From: Catajapyx aquilonaris
Taxonomy: Eukaryota
NCBI GenBank assembly: GCA_000934665.2
Contig: KZ538523.1
Span: 1-64,000, forward strand
DNA: 64,000 nt
Direction of reading: 5' to 3'
A program made the position numbers and the translations under genes. The first letter of the stretch is position 1, and the number at the start of each line of letters is the position of its first letter. Positions 15,810 through 29,800 of this stretch are shown here, in pieces. The notes under the pieces were generated by a model. That model did not search any database and was not told the DNA's origin. It saw nothing but the letters and a program-made list of their open reading frames with translations.

Positions 15810-17779
15810 GCCAGCAAGGAAACCGATATGGACAGGAAATGACTGTGTACGTAAGCAAGTACTTGAGCCGTATTCACCTCCCTAATTTTGCGTAACAGCC
15901 GTCTTGGTGGGGCTACACATCCAATCAGTTTAGGGTCGCAGGACATCGACACCACGAACCCGAATCTAGTGTTTCTCCCCACCGCAACCCCTCCCCCAGC
16001 AAGAAGAAGCCCCAGCAGATGGCCCAGCTTCAATCAAGAGTCAAAGCCTTGCAAGAGTGAGAGGAAGCGAAGGTAAATGGCCCGCGATAGGATCCTCCGG
16101 CAGCACCCTCACCCTCATGATGCGGGTCACCGCCGAGAAAATCCCCAACCAAAACAAGGGATACGGAGAGTGTCAATTTGGGACCGGGGACTTTCCAACC
16201 AAAGCAAGGGGAGGCCCTTCCTGTTTGCTTAATGAATGCCCCCGCCAGCCTAATCCTCATCAGCCAAGCCGACAGCGTGGTCAATCTGACTGATTTTATT
16301 CATAGCAGCCCTATAGGCAAAATGTTTGTCTTTCTTCTTACCGGTCCATCTGCCGATAAAGGGGACGGGTCCCCATCCTCTCCCTCTCGACTATTAATCC
16401 CTAGCGCCGAGGCCCAGGTCTACTCGTCTCAGTCGCGCCAGGAATTCATTTCTGGACCGTATATACGCACATTCTAATGAGTCCCTGTCGAATCTACGTC
16501 CTTTCTACCCCCGGCGTCTTATTAATAACCCCGTCTCCGTTGAATGTTTTCAGACGCACAAGAGTCTCCAATAAAGGGTCGCGAAAACGCCAAGGTAAAC
16601 ATGAAACTAATATCGACACGGCTGTCTAGAAGAAGAGCCCTGCACCGCATCTCACAAAAGGCCTTTCAAAGTTGTTGCTACAGGAGTTAATCATCGGGAG
16701 AGAAGAATACAGTGATGGCGCCTTGTCATTTCGCATGCAAGTGCCAGACAAGATGACTCCCTCCACAATTAAACCTGTCGTCGGGTTGTCAAGGCAACTT
16801 CGGGAGAGAGAGAGTATACCCAGAAAGACATGAAGAATGTAATCCGGAGATGGGTGCGGTCGGCTATTATGAGAATCCGCCAGTGTGCCCCGGTGTGCTG
16901 TGTGTATATCCGCGTATAGCAATATCTGAGGGAAGAATGCGGCCGCCAGATTTGCATGATTCAAAATCGTATTTCAGGCCGAGAGTGGCGTCCTATTCTC
17001 CCCCACCTCTCATCCCGCCCTCTGATGAAAGGTGGGCAGACGGACCATCAATAATGCAAATTATCTCCTCGGCTCCTGGCTCCCTTCGCCCTGGAGGCCT
17101 CTTGACTGAAAGACGAATCCGACTTTCCCCCCACCCCAGAACCGACCTCACAGCATACCCCTGCAATGCTGGCAGCAGACACTCCATCCCCGCTTTTCAG
17201 GGTGGCCCAAGCCTGGAAAATCCGGGCTTCCTCCTCCATCCCGCAACAGAAAGAGAAGGGAGGATTCCGGATGGAGTTGCTGAATATTTCATTGGCCATA
17301 CTCGCTATTGTCGTGGTCCATATCCTGGGAACTCAAGCTCAGGAAATGAGAGATTTTATCCCCCGCCCAATTACTCTGGCCTCCTATTAGAATGAGAAAG
17401 GGATGGCACCCGTGACGTAGAGCCCTGGGTTTTTAGCTCCCCTTTGTGGCACCTCAAAAGGAGGTTCCGTTTGAATTCCCGGTTGAAAAGGAAGGAAGGG
17501 ACTTGGCTGCTGCTGCACCTATAATATAGCAGCATATACAGGAGGCGACACCGTCAGATCCATAACCCCCGCCGCAAGCACATTGCGGCTTTTCCAAGCG
17601 ACGGCTGTCATATTCCCCAACAGTTATGCTACCTAATTTTACCATTAGATCCTTTGTGGAACAGTTTTCTAAAGAGGACCGGGGGTTACAGCGGACAGAC
17701 TCGCGTTTCATGCACGCGGCGACCGCCCCTCTGTTTGCATTAGGCAGCCCTTTTTTTTCTTCAAAAGACATGAATAGGT

Positions 17780-17780
<1 letters not shown>

Positions 17781-17811
<31 letters not shown>
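17781..17811. repeat. (GA)n microsatellite; similar GA/CT tracts near 1373-1390, 22401-22433 and 33193-33215
   Basis: Direct reading. Confidence 0.93.
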
Positions 17812-20800
17812 NGGAGGATATTTTTCCTTTCTTGCGATGTTCCCTCATCCACCGGTCCGCTCGGGTGGCCCACCAAACATTGATGATGGGAACATTTTTA
17901 TGACAGATGGTGCCTGGAGGGTTAGCCACCGCCGGGACCTCCGCACGGCACCCAACTTTGATTGATTCCTACACCAGGAGCTTGTCGCTTGCAAATTCCC
18001 CTTGATTTATCACCGGCCCCAGCACCTGATTTTGGGCCCGCTCAGTCTCGAGTGGCCCTCCTTTCTCTTCCTCAAAGAAATCGCCTCTGTTGGTCCCCAA
18101 ATTCATTTTGATCCATCGGCTGGCAAAATTATTGACGGATAGCCGACTTTTCTTGCATTTTTTTCTCTCTCATCGCCTATAGGTGAGTTTGGAGGGGGGG
18201 GGGAAGCTTGGAATACAAACAGCGCATCCATCACAGCCCTGGCGATAAGCAGCAGCCTCATCATCATCCCCATGTGGTCCATCCTGGCCAATATTGCTCC
18301 CGTCGCCTCCTTGTCTTGCCGGAAAGCATAAAAATAGGCATATCGGCGATATTGAGCAGTGATTAATTGTGAGAATAGCGGCACGTGACCCATTTTTATA
18401 GCTTTCCATGTATCTGCTGGAGGAGTGCGGGGAATGGGGGAGAAGGAAACGTGATAAAATGCAAAACACGAGAACGTTATTTTCATCCCCCTCTCTTCGT
18501 TATGCCCCAACCAAGTCGGCAGCTGGGTAGCTTTCCACATTCTTATCGAAGACATTAAGCTCGACACAACATCCTCATCAGAAAGAAAATTATGGATTCA
18601 TTTTTCCCTCCGACAACCTCGCAACTCGGAAGTGGATAGTGATCCTCACACGTGCATTCATATCTAAGTTACAACCAAAAAGATGTTATTCACTATTCCG
18701 ATTTTTGTGGACCAAGAAAAACACATATTTCCCTCAGGAAATGTCCATAGCAGCAAGGTTTTTACCTGGATTTATTAATGCACACAATCCTTCGTTACTT
18801 TCCTTTCACTAGGTGCAATATCTGGCCTGTAAACACATTCCAATAGCACTCTCCCTCTACCCGCATCCATTGGACTCGGAGAGGCATATATACAGGGTGT
18901 CGCAGCAGACATGATGGACGACGGTTGGAGCCGCGTTCGCAAATTGTGACGCCCCCGATCCTTCGTCAAGATTGTCGTGTCCTGCACTGAGCAGCAGGCT
19001 CCGAACCATGGAGTCCGGCAGACCAATTTCCTCCCCCGTAAATGGAAGTGTCAATCGAGGTAAGGCAGCCAAGCTTAATGTCTCCTGCACTATCGGCGTG
19101 ATGGAGTGGCCTCCCTTCCCCCGCCTCTTTTCATGCGTTCTTAATGTACGGGGATTTATAACTCTCCGAAAGCAATAGTCTTCGGCCCGCCTGCCTATTG
19201 GAATATTTGCCTCCCCTTTTGTCACCAAAACAGATGAAGGCAATTTCTCCTATGCTTGCTCCAAATGGAAGGGGAAGGACCAACGAATGGATATGGATTT
19301 TTTTTCTCTCATGGTAAACAACCAAACAAATCGCCGTCGTACACTGGTATAGACCCCCTTCTTTGTGGTGTGTCCCCAAAAAATCTGAAAACCACCGCAA
19401 CCCGATCACCGTAATAAATTTCCGCGTCTCTTTTCAGCGGGCTTGTCTGGAGAGAAGAAAGAGAGAAAAAACGGGCACCAGCCGCAGCCTGAAGAAAAAC
19501 CAAGGGAATGGCAGGTCATCAACTACATGGAAAAATATCCTATAAGCTGCAGTCGCATCATTACATAATTACTCCTCTCTAATTCCAAATCAGTGGAAGA
19601 TGTCCTCCTGCCAGCTGGGTTGTCGCACCCACCAGCACATCTCACTTGCAAAGACACGCACGGCCGTTTTAGCGATATGGCGATACAACACATCCAGAAC
19701 AATGCTTCATTAGGGGGTCGGGACTGTGATGTCTTCATTTGAAAGCCAACGCCGTGCTTCACGTCACGCGGGGAGGTGCCTCCAATTCTGGGGAGTGCCT
19801 GCTTATCAGTACGCCTCTGACGTGTATAAAGGGGCTTGGGATACATGGATTAAGCCACGCAAACCTCTTCTTGGATGACTTTATTCAGAGGGGGAAATTG
19901 GACCGACGTCACCCCATGCTCTGGCCGCAGATGATAATTATTATACGGTGCCGAAAGATCACAATCGGGAAATGCTCGCAGCGGGATGTCCTCTGCACAA
20001 TTCAGGAACATATCTTCGCATTTTCAAGCGCAGCAATGACTGGTTGCACCATCACACCATCGTCACTGCCTCTCGAGTCATTTATCCCTCACCCTTTTTT
20101 GATCTTATAAATGAGGCACTTCAGTCCCTGCTCAAGAGAACTCAACGTATCACTAACTTTAGCCCACTACTCATGGACGAATGAAACATCAAGTAGAGAA
20201 AGGTCCACTCCAAGATATTGCGCCCATCCTTCGCGCGATCTCATTCCAGCTTCCTGCGTGAATCATACAGGTTATACCCTCCTGTACTTTTTTTTCATTT
20301 CAAAGAAATTGTGACTTTAGCGTCAAGCTCTCTCAAAGCTGAGACTAGAATCTGTCTCTGAGAGAATATCTATACTAACACGTGATTATTTATTGTGTGT
20401 TTGAAAATGTGTAAACAAATCGTCAAATAGTGATGTTAAAGCGAAACTCAGGGATTCATGAAAGTGTGAGTTCAATGTAATTAGTCTTCCAAGGAAACGA
20501 TAGTGTTTCTCTAAAAAATAAAGCTACAGGCGTGTCAAGAGTATGAACGACAACACTAATTCCAGAAATCAGCGCAACAGTTGTTGCTAATAAATGTGTG
20601 ATCAAGCAGAATTCTTGATATAATTTCCAGGAAATTTTGGCCACACACGAGAATGATTGCTTTCATATCATAATTATGCACCTTTAAAATGTGTGCTACC
20701 ACACGCCTACTCCACAAAATTGCACTCGTGACTTTATGCTCAACAAACTGCACATTCACGATGGATGACACTGTAAAGCGCCTGAAGGAAGTGTCCCGTG

Positions 20801-23800
20801 TTTCATTGGCTGCCTAACCCTTTCACCCGTCAAAAAACCGGCAGCCCATGTGATACAGAATGGCAACGGCCCTTCAACAGGGTCCAAAAGTGCTTGCAAA
20901 ACAAGCGCGTTGTATGGTCACGCAGCCGCCAAGGAAGATGAACGTCCTTGATTCCCTGGGCGGCGAGAAGCGAGCTGCGCGGCGGGGACAATAATCACGA
21001 AAAGTCATCGAGCCATCCACGGTCCGGACATGACTGCAGGTTGTCAAGAGGCTTCTGGATGCCCATTCCAGCGTGTGCATCAAGGCTTCGCATCCTTGAC
21101 CCAGCGGACTGAGTGAGTGACTGGAAGGGAGGCGGCCCACCCCGGGGACCAACCATGGGAAAAAGAAGAAGATGATGGGGGCGACGCAGCACGTGCAACA
21201 AACTCTCTCTTCTGCCCCGTCGATCCCCATGTCCAGGGCTCTTCCACTCCCGCAGACAACCTTCTTTCCCCCCTTCCCAATTATGGAGAGAAAGATGGAG
21301 GAGACTTTCCAGGCAGCCATGCCGAAGATATGGGAACCAAAATGAACAAGGGCCATTCAGATTCATCGGACAGTGAAAGAGAGACCCCGTGTCCGTATAC
21401 GACCCACCACCGTCATTTTCCGCTGCTCTTTTTCGCCGCATTTTTATATACACACACCCTGCGCTATCAGCAGCGACGGTTTGGGCCCTCCAAGGAATTT
21501 CAGACCATTCCCACGTGTGTGAGACCGACCGTTCCAGGGGTTTTTTTTGGTACAAAATTGATTATTCTCCTCTAACCCGGCACACACATTTTCGCGATAA
21601 GCCCAGCACTACACTTCGGGTATGGCTCGGGAGTGCTCATACGCACTAACCAGGTGGGTTATGCCGCAGAATAATTCATGCTGCTGCGGGATTGCTGCTT
21701 CCAAAGTGAACTGTACGAAACACATCTGTCAACATGGAGCAATACACTAAAAATGTTGATCAATCTGGTCAATTTTAAACTTTACAAGTATTTGGTTTCA
21801 AATTATATACAACCTGGGAGTTGTTACGCACACCCTGAGTCTGAGTTGCAAGTCAAAGCACACAACGTGCAATCAGCTTCCAAGAGGCTTCCAGGGCTAA
21901 TCCTGGCTGGAAGTGTGGAGCCACGCCTGCAGGGTAGACAACACCAGCAATCGGAGTAAGTGGATAGGAGATAATGGCGACCGGGGGATAATTTGGAGGG
22001 AATTTCTGCCCGGATCAGGCCGGAAGACTAATGGAGATCCCCGGTGTCCGATGGGGCAAAAGACGATGACACGAGACGTCTGGAGAGACTTCTCCCCGTT
22101 GCTCATTCGGCCCCCTTCTCTGTCTCTCTCGCCTGGAGCCAGTGCAAAGCAAGGAAGAAAAAGGAATAAAGGGCATCGGCAGGAAGAGCCTGGAATATAA
22201 GGGACGAAGAAGAAGAGTCCCCCCGGCATGCCCCGGGATCATCGCCCGTTGTAATAATAGCAGACAATCATAAAATGGAACGACACTTCGTTCGGATATA
22301 AGCGTGAGCCCGGAAAACAAAAGGAATTGAAGCATTTCGCGGAATGACGCTCATTCGCCCAAGGGAAAAAAGTCAAAAGTTCTCTCCTCCCCACCCCTCC
22401 TCTCTCTCTCTCTCCCTCTCTCTCTCTCTCTCTCCACCCGCCCAAGTGTCCATAAATTACACTCTGCAGTAATACCTCAGTGGGAAATGTGCTGCTTCGA
22501 GGAATGGCAAACAATGAAGGAAGAATTATAGGCTCTAAGGTTAAATCCGACGGACTGACTGATAATAAATGAGCCAAGAAGAGGCCAAGTAATTATTCGC
22601 CTCTTTTCCCTGGTCCCTGCGTGCCTCCCATAAAAGGAGGTCGTGAATGCGGCATCTTGCAGGTAACCCCCGGTTACACGCTGTCACCCGCAGAAGAGGC
22701 ATAAACCTCCTTCCAAACAACAATGCAGGAAATGCCCGTCGGAGTGACCAAAAAAAATTCAATGCACCGCCTATTATGGCAGCTCCTATGCAATTGACCA
22801 TAATTTTCGATCGTGAGCGATTCGATCGAAAGCCCACAAAAAAAAATCCCAAATTGCATCCTGTGGTCGGAGTAGCATTTCAGTCTCTTCCCCTTTTCCC
22901 CGCAGCTCCTCTATAATATAATTCAATTTGGAATCATTAGCCACTTTGGCCTGGAAATTCTAATGACAGTGTGGCTGTGTCTCTGGGATCACGGCGCAAC
23001 AGCCATTTGGCCCTCTCGTCTGGTTGTACCTGGGGGAAAGACACCTGGAGCCCTGGCATGCTGCAACGTCGCATCTTATTTGGTCATCCATCCCGTTGAC
23101 GACAGCCTAATACATCTCCGGCAAATGACACCGTGCCAGCAGCCAGAGCGGATGGGGGAAGGACTTGATGATGAAGACGCGAGGGCTTCTGGCTGCTTCT
23201 TCCTCTCCTCGAGTTCCCTCGAATTAAACGCCATAAATGGCGCCTACAAGATGGGAACTCGCGCATTATCTTGCCACGGCTTAGCTATGCTCGTGATAAA
23301 GAGCCTCAAACTGCTCGAAAATGCTGGTCCCGGATGGCGAGGCATCCTTGCTGACCGATTTCAATTTTCTGCAGACAGCTTGTGCGTGCTCCGAATTAGA
23401 ACAATGCCATTACAATATTTTGTTATTCAGTTTACTTCGCGCTTCGATTTACAATCGCCTGTGTTTACTTCAAACAGGTACTTAGATCTGTGTTAGGCTG
23501 AGTTTTCCTGTCAACAACTTGACACAAATTCTAGGCAAAACATGTTTTTTTCTGCAAAAAAGTAAAGAGAATATTTTTAAATTTAGCCCAGCAGTTTCAC
23601 CTATGACCTATGTTACTGATATTAATTTATTGACATATGCAACACGTTGCTGTTGAAGCTGGGTTACTTCACTGACTGCTGACTGGATTGTCTCTCTATA
23701 TAGAGAAAACTCACGTACTGTATTATAAATAAATAAGCAAACAAATACGGTACCCACTTATTTCCTTTCGGAGTAGTCGGAGATTAATTCAATTGATATT

Positions 23801-26800
23801 TGGTATTATAGATAAATCACATCACCGAAAACAAGTGTGTACACTTCAAACAGCACAGGTAGGCCAATTCATATGGTAACTATGCATTGATGTCACCAAG
23901 CTGCCTCCACATTGAAATATAGAAAATAATTTCTAATAGAGCGCTATTGGATTAAGAAGGTGGAATGTTAATAATTTATAGTCGTATTAACTGGCCTCCT
24001 CTAGTGCGCCCTTTAATTAAACTAATAAATGGCACACACATTTTTCCCGCGCGCTCTTTCCCAAGTCCCTGGAATTCTAAACGCTCTCCAAAGTCCCTTA
24101 ATGAATCTTAATTATTCCCGTACAGGAAAAATTAACATAAAATTATTTTTTTAACGGGTTGCCCGGGCAGGTAGAAGAAACCTAGCATCCAATCATCTGT
24201 CAATCAAGGGCGAGACAGTGAGGGATCTCCCCTATGTGGCAGACAAGGAGACAGGCAGACAGGCAAGGCAAGCCAGACCAGTCTCCCCTGCGCTGCATCA
24301 AACCCCCACTTTTCCCCGCTGCACACATCATCGTCGTCATGGTCTTCGTCGTCTTCGTCATCATCATCATCATCATCAGCCTCTCTTCCCCCTCTCGCAG
24401 TACGTGCCTCTGGTACTGATCATGTGTTTTGGCCCCTCATGGCATGGACTGCCCAGTCTCAATATTGGCCCGGAGCACCGCTGGGCATAATATGACCCCG
24501 GAATGGACAAAAAATGATATATTCAACCGCATTGTATGCCCTGTTTCATGGAATCGGTGTACCGCACCTTTCACAAAGAACACAAAAATGCTTCCATATT
24601 TTCCTAGCTGTGCTATCTCTGCATTTCGGAAATGTTTCTATGCAATATGCATATAGAGGGCATTATAATTACTTGGTAAAGATCTAATTATTTTTCACAT
24701 GATGCGTTCCATTGTGAGAAAATATGTTAACCCGGCGTTGAAAAAGAGGTGTGTCGGACAAGGGGGGAAGAAGAAAGAGCCTGAAAAAATGCAAGTCCTG
24801 ACACATCGGAGGAGGTGAAGGAGGAGCAGCGAGGTATAAGGGGGCATCAACAAAGCGACGGTGTTGGGTAAAATAGGTGGGCCTGGCGATTAGGAGGCTT
24901 GGTCCATCAGGGGTTACACACACAAGCTGTCATGTAGGGGGCCGCCTTCTCCTCAATACAAAAGCGGAGGGCCCCCGTTTCTCCATTAATTGTACAGTTC
25001 CATTCCTCCGTATTATTCCCCCGTTTAACATGCAAATTCAATATCAGGTCTCGCCGTTTGAATAACGTGACATGGCGCAATATGGAAAACGCATAATCGC
25101 ATTCCTCCTCTCCTATATCACTGGGCGGAAACACATCATCGGCCAGTCAGCGCCCCACATCCATCTGCCGGCCAATTTCGATTCCAGCACAAAAGAAAGT
25201 TTCATTCCATTTCTCCGACGTCCTCATAAAAGGATTTTGACGCCCAAGTCAACATTACAAATGTCTCTCCCATTAATAGTGCCTTGCTAGCTTGGTATTA
25301 TTATGAATATACGTGGCGCTTTGCCTCGGATGAATAATGTGTTACCACCCAAAGGCCCCTTTTCTTGTTCGGAATTTGGCGCCGGTCTCTTTTCTCTTTC
25401 CTTGAAACAAAATTCGGAGGAGAAAAGGGACTGCTTCTTCTTCTTCTTCTTCTTCTTTTGCTGCCAGCACCATCTACAGCATGATGTGGACAGGCATAAG
25501 TCCCCCAATAATTCGGGCAGCCTCATCTGTCAAACACTCCCCAGCAGCCAACCTCCAAAAGACAACGTTGTCTTCCACCAGCAGCAGCACTGGCACCGAA
25601 TGGAATTTCCTTTCCCGGCCCTGAGACTGCTGCCTTTTATCTGATTACGGCTGCCAAGTGAGGAACAATGACTGAGAAATGCATTCGTCTTCCGGAATCC
25701 TGCTCTGGAGATGAGTCTTGCTGACAATCTCACAGTGCATCGCCCCTACCCTTTTGTCCATTAGTCTACAATGAAAAATATATTGATGGGATCGCTATAC
25801 TGGAGCACCGCTGCACGTGTCATCACTCACAGTCAGCAGGAAGCAGTACCAAAAAGGGAATTTGCCAGAGAAAGACGCGATACTTGATTTGTTCGGTGAA
25901 TTCTACTAAGGCGGTTTTTGTGCAAAGTGTCAAATCCACTAGACTATATTACACCGCGAGTGAGAAAGTGTCACAGCGCCACAAAATCGGATACCCCAGT
26001 TCTCTTCAAGTCTCGGATATGATTTTAAAACCGTGGAACCTTCTATAGCTGGCACCAGTTATGTTCAATTGTACAACCAGTTGACACTAGAAGCGTATAG
26101 AAGTAGCTAGGGATGCTCGTGCCAAACAACACTATTGTCACATTCAGCTCTCAATAAGATGCTGGTCACATTAGCATGCTAAAGCATCACACCAGCACAA
26201 AGTTGTGGTACTTGGCTCAGAGGCGTTCCCTCAACGGGAGAGCTCAGCGGAAAAGGCGGACCATGGAAGCCATCTACTGTCCATTTTCTATATTAATGAC
26301 ATTGTTCTGCCTTGTACTCGTTGCATTGAGTTCGTACATTGTAGTGTCTTGTATACAAAACGTGTGCATCATTATCGGACGTAATAATTATAGCATGCCA
26401 TAATTACAACCAGATAGTTTGTTACATTGTTTCATGGCGGCAAAATACACATCCGCGCTATGATACGAGACAAATAAACTTAGCGAGTTTATTTATTTCA
26501 TATCGAAACACAAAATCTAAATCATTAAAACCAGACCGGTTGTGCGTGCATCTATTTAAATAGTTCCAATGTGCTGACACAATATTATTCAGTTCATCCA
26601 TAAATGACAAGAATAATGGGATTCCCCTCGGAAATAAAATTAATCTAAATATTATCACATATGGTAACTGCACAATTTGATGCAATAATAAATGGCAGCT
26701 GCGGTTCAATATATTTAAAAAAAAATACTCAACCTGGTTACCGCTTGACACACTATTCGGTACCCAGGGTGTAATGTTTCCAGATAATTCCCGGTGCAGA

Positions 26801-29800
26801 CATGAATTAGTCCAAATCTTTTGCATAAAAATAATAAAATGAGCGTATCTGGCGACACGTTTGCAATCTTTGCCAACAAAACATTAGTGTGACCAAAACT
26901 ACTGTCCAACTCCAAGCGCCCAATCTATCGCACAGCCTACAGTTACGCGATACTTTGAGCATACCAATGTGTCACCCGCTAACTCGCGTATTCGACAACG
27001 TTGAGTGAAAGCTGCACGCAGATAAGCACCCGCATACGCCATAAACTTTTGCTGATAATTGGCAGCTCCATGGTCATGTACGAGTATTCCCCTAAATGAT
27101 AACCCATTTTGACAAGTACTGTAAAGTATTGCGAATCACAAGCAGTCCACAAAGGGGTGGGGGGGATAGGTGGAATTCATTATTCCGTCTGGGAGGATTT
27201 CACGATCGAATGATCGATTGTAGCGACTGATGCGCACAGCATACCCGGAATGTGACATGCAGAGATCTGAATTAATAATGGGGGCGAGCAAGCCTTGCTG
27301 GCTGCCTTCACCACCAGCACCAGCAGCACCCTTCTACCCCACCCAACTTTCCATCCCTATACCCCCGCCTCTCCCCAACCCAGCCAACCCCCCCACCATT
27401 CCTACCCGAAGAGACCGGCTCCAGCAGGCGTAAAATTCAATCTCGGAGAGGAAGCCCCTCATTACCAGCGCAACTTGCAGCTGCTTCTAATTTGATGTGC
27501 ACTTGCCCGTCCGCACACACGAGACAAATACTCGCTTGCCACCTACTGTACGTAATAAGGGGCTTTCCCTTCCTCTACTCTGCGACACCCCCTTCGGCCG
27601 TCAGTGTAATCAACATGCCGATAGATCCCAATTTACCGCTTATCTGCTTTACGGGCAGGGAGGCAGCAAGCCGGCTTTATTGTCACGAGCAGGCAATTAC
27701 CGATCCAAGTTAGCCAATAAGATCTCCCCTGAGTTATGACCGGTGTATACACAACGCCTGTACAATACACACGGGCTTTATTGAAACTGCGGATCGAATA
27801 AATGTCATCCGCAAACGTCTGGCTCATTTGGATATTTGGCCCCGATTTGGCCATGGTGGTCGTGATCCCAAAGCTATTAGTAAATGCTTATGCCAGCGAC
27901 ATAATTTGCATTGTTTACTGTACCAGCACCTGGTTACATCCACCAGGCTCATAAAAGGGTCGAAGAACGACCATTCACGTACAGCGGTGCCATTACTCTG
28001 AAATAACATCAAAAGTGTTATGCATCAGTGACACGTACAAGTAATCGCAAAAAACCGCCTTAAGAAGTTTGTTCATTGGTAATTAGCGGCCGGGAACAAA
28101 AGCCCCGGTCTACAACTTCACATGCGTGCAACCAAACCCAGAGGAAAATGTGCTGATGGCGGTGTCTTTTGAGGACCGTGGGATTTCGGAGCCTAAAGCG
28201 ACACTAATATTCGCTTTTCTGGCCAAGTCTCTGGAGATTAAAGGAGCAGTCCAGGCGTAATCCTCCAGCAATCCCTGTTTCATTTATGAGATGCAAGCGA
28301 CTAATTTATTTGGAGGTAAAAACACAAGCCGAATCCCACAGGTTTAAATTAGATAATGGCCCTGGTGTCAGTACCATTAGATGTGATTTATTCCCTACCT
28401 CGAGGGGAAGGGGGGGGGGGATCTTTGCCTCCCCTTGCGGAAACAATTTGCATGCGATAAATTTATTGAAGTTTGAATGAATATTAATAATTCAGGATAC
28501 AGGCCCCATTGCTCATCAAGTCTTGCTCCTGACGGATACTAATGTGTAACGCTAAATATCGGGATATCCGACGACGGCCAGATATCCATTCTCATCATTC
28601 GCCGGCCATTAATCGGGAACTTTTGGTAGGTGGAAAAAAATACACCTTCTGTCAGGCAACTTCATAAAAAGACACGTGTAATCCTTCCTGACCATTCTCA
28701 TTTTTCGGGTGGAAACGAGCCTGGCTCACTCTGACGGATGAGGATCCATTATACAATAGCTCCGGAAATTTGGCCGCCCCAAACTTGATTTAGAAGAGGC
28801 GAGGATAAGCAGTATTTAGGGCCGGTTGCGTGATCGATGATTAACCCAGAACAAGTGGTCGATCCGCGTAATTCACTTGTTCCGAATTTATTCCCAATCA
28901 CGCGACTGGCCAAGTCAGTGAGGCGTACAGGATGTTCCATAATGATACCGATGGGGTTCCATAGTAATTCTTGGGTGATAGAGGTGTCGGTTACTCGTTA
29001 CTAAAATAATCATGGCAGAAAGGCGTGTCTGTCCGAATAATTTTAGAACAACCTGCTGCATCTGTAGTATTTGCATATTGTTTACTACCAGTATAAAGTC
29101 AACTGTTTTTTTTCCCTGGCCGCTGTAACTTGCACGTTGTACCCCGGCTGCATTCATTTTGATCTAAGGAGTCGTACCGGCCTATGGTGTAACGACCCCC
29201 TTAAAATATAATTACCGTGAAAAGCACTCCTCTATTCTGGTCCTAATCAGACGAAACCGGTTCCCCGCCCCTGCAAAAGGCAAAGGACATCGCCGTGTAG
29301 TCAGCAACAGCACCTGTGGTAAACAACCCTCCCCGGAGAGGGGGGGGGGGTGCTGCTGCCGGGGCATTTACCTGGCTAAAAGCCTATCTGCACTCGGCGT
29401 AATGAAAAATAATGACAAACTAGCGCGAAGCAGGTGACCGAAAGCCCCGGCGACGTTAATTGCGGCACGGCGGCGCCCCTGTGTGTATATGCTACACATG
29501 GTATTCCGTGACACTGGTGTATACTCGCGTGCCGGCCGAGCATTTCGTGATGTGCGACACCGGGCACAAAGACCTCTTTCTCGCCGCAGGTGACATGTCT
29601 CCCCCCTCCCCAGTGACAGTGATAAAGCCGAGATCGATGATAGACACACCTCGAATCGTAATAGAACCCCCGCCCTCCTCTTCCTATATGTGTGTGCTAT
29701 AGGTCCTCCGATGGGGGATATGGCACCACACCAATGGCTGGCTCTAGCTGGGCTATTCCATCGATAACCTTTCTTCCAGATTGATGGGTTGCCCACCGGC

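Noticed and set aside
15500..16033. ORFs with poly-Tyr/Leu/Ile tracts
   Set aside because: These are translations of the (ATT)n microsatellite.
16850..17395. 181-aa ORF, and similar long ORFs at 20995-21555, 22963-23496 and 44767-45315
   Set aside because: No recognisable domain, composition typical of GC-rich non-coding DNA, overlapping ORFs of similar length on both strands, and no convincing splice context.
24327..24378. Minus-strand Asp/Glu-rich frame (DDDDDDEDDEDHDDDD) as a possible extra acidic exon
   Set aside because: A degenerate (CAT/CGT)n microsatellite; the flanking translation is not protein-like and no convincing splice sites were found.
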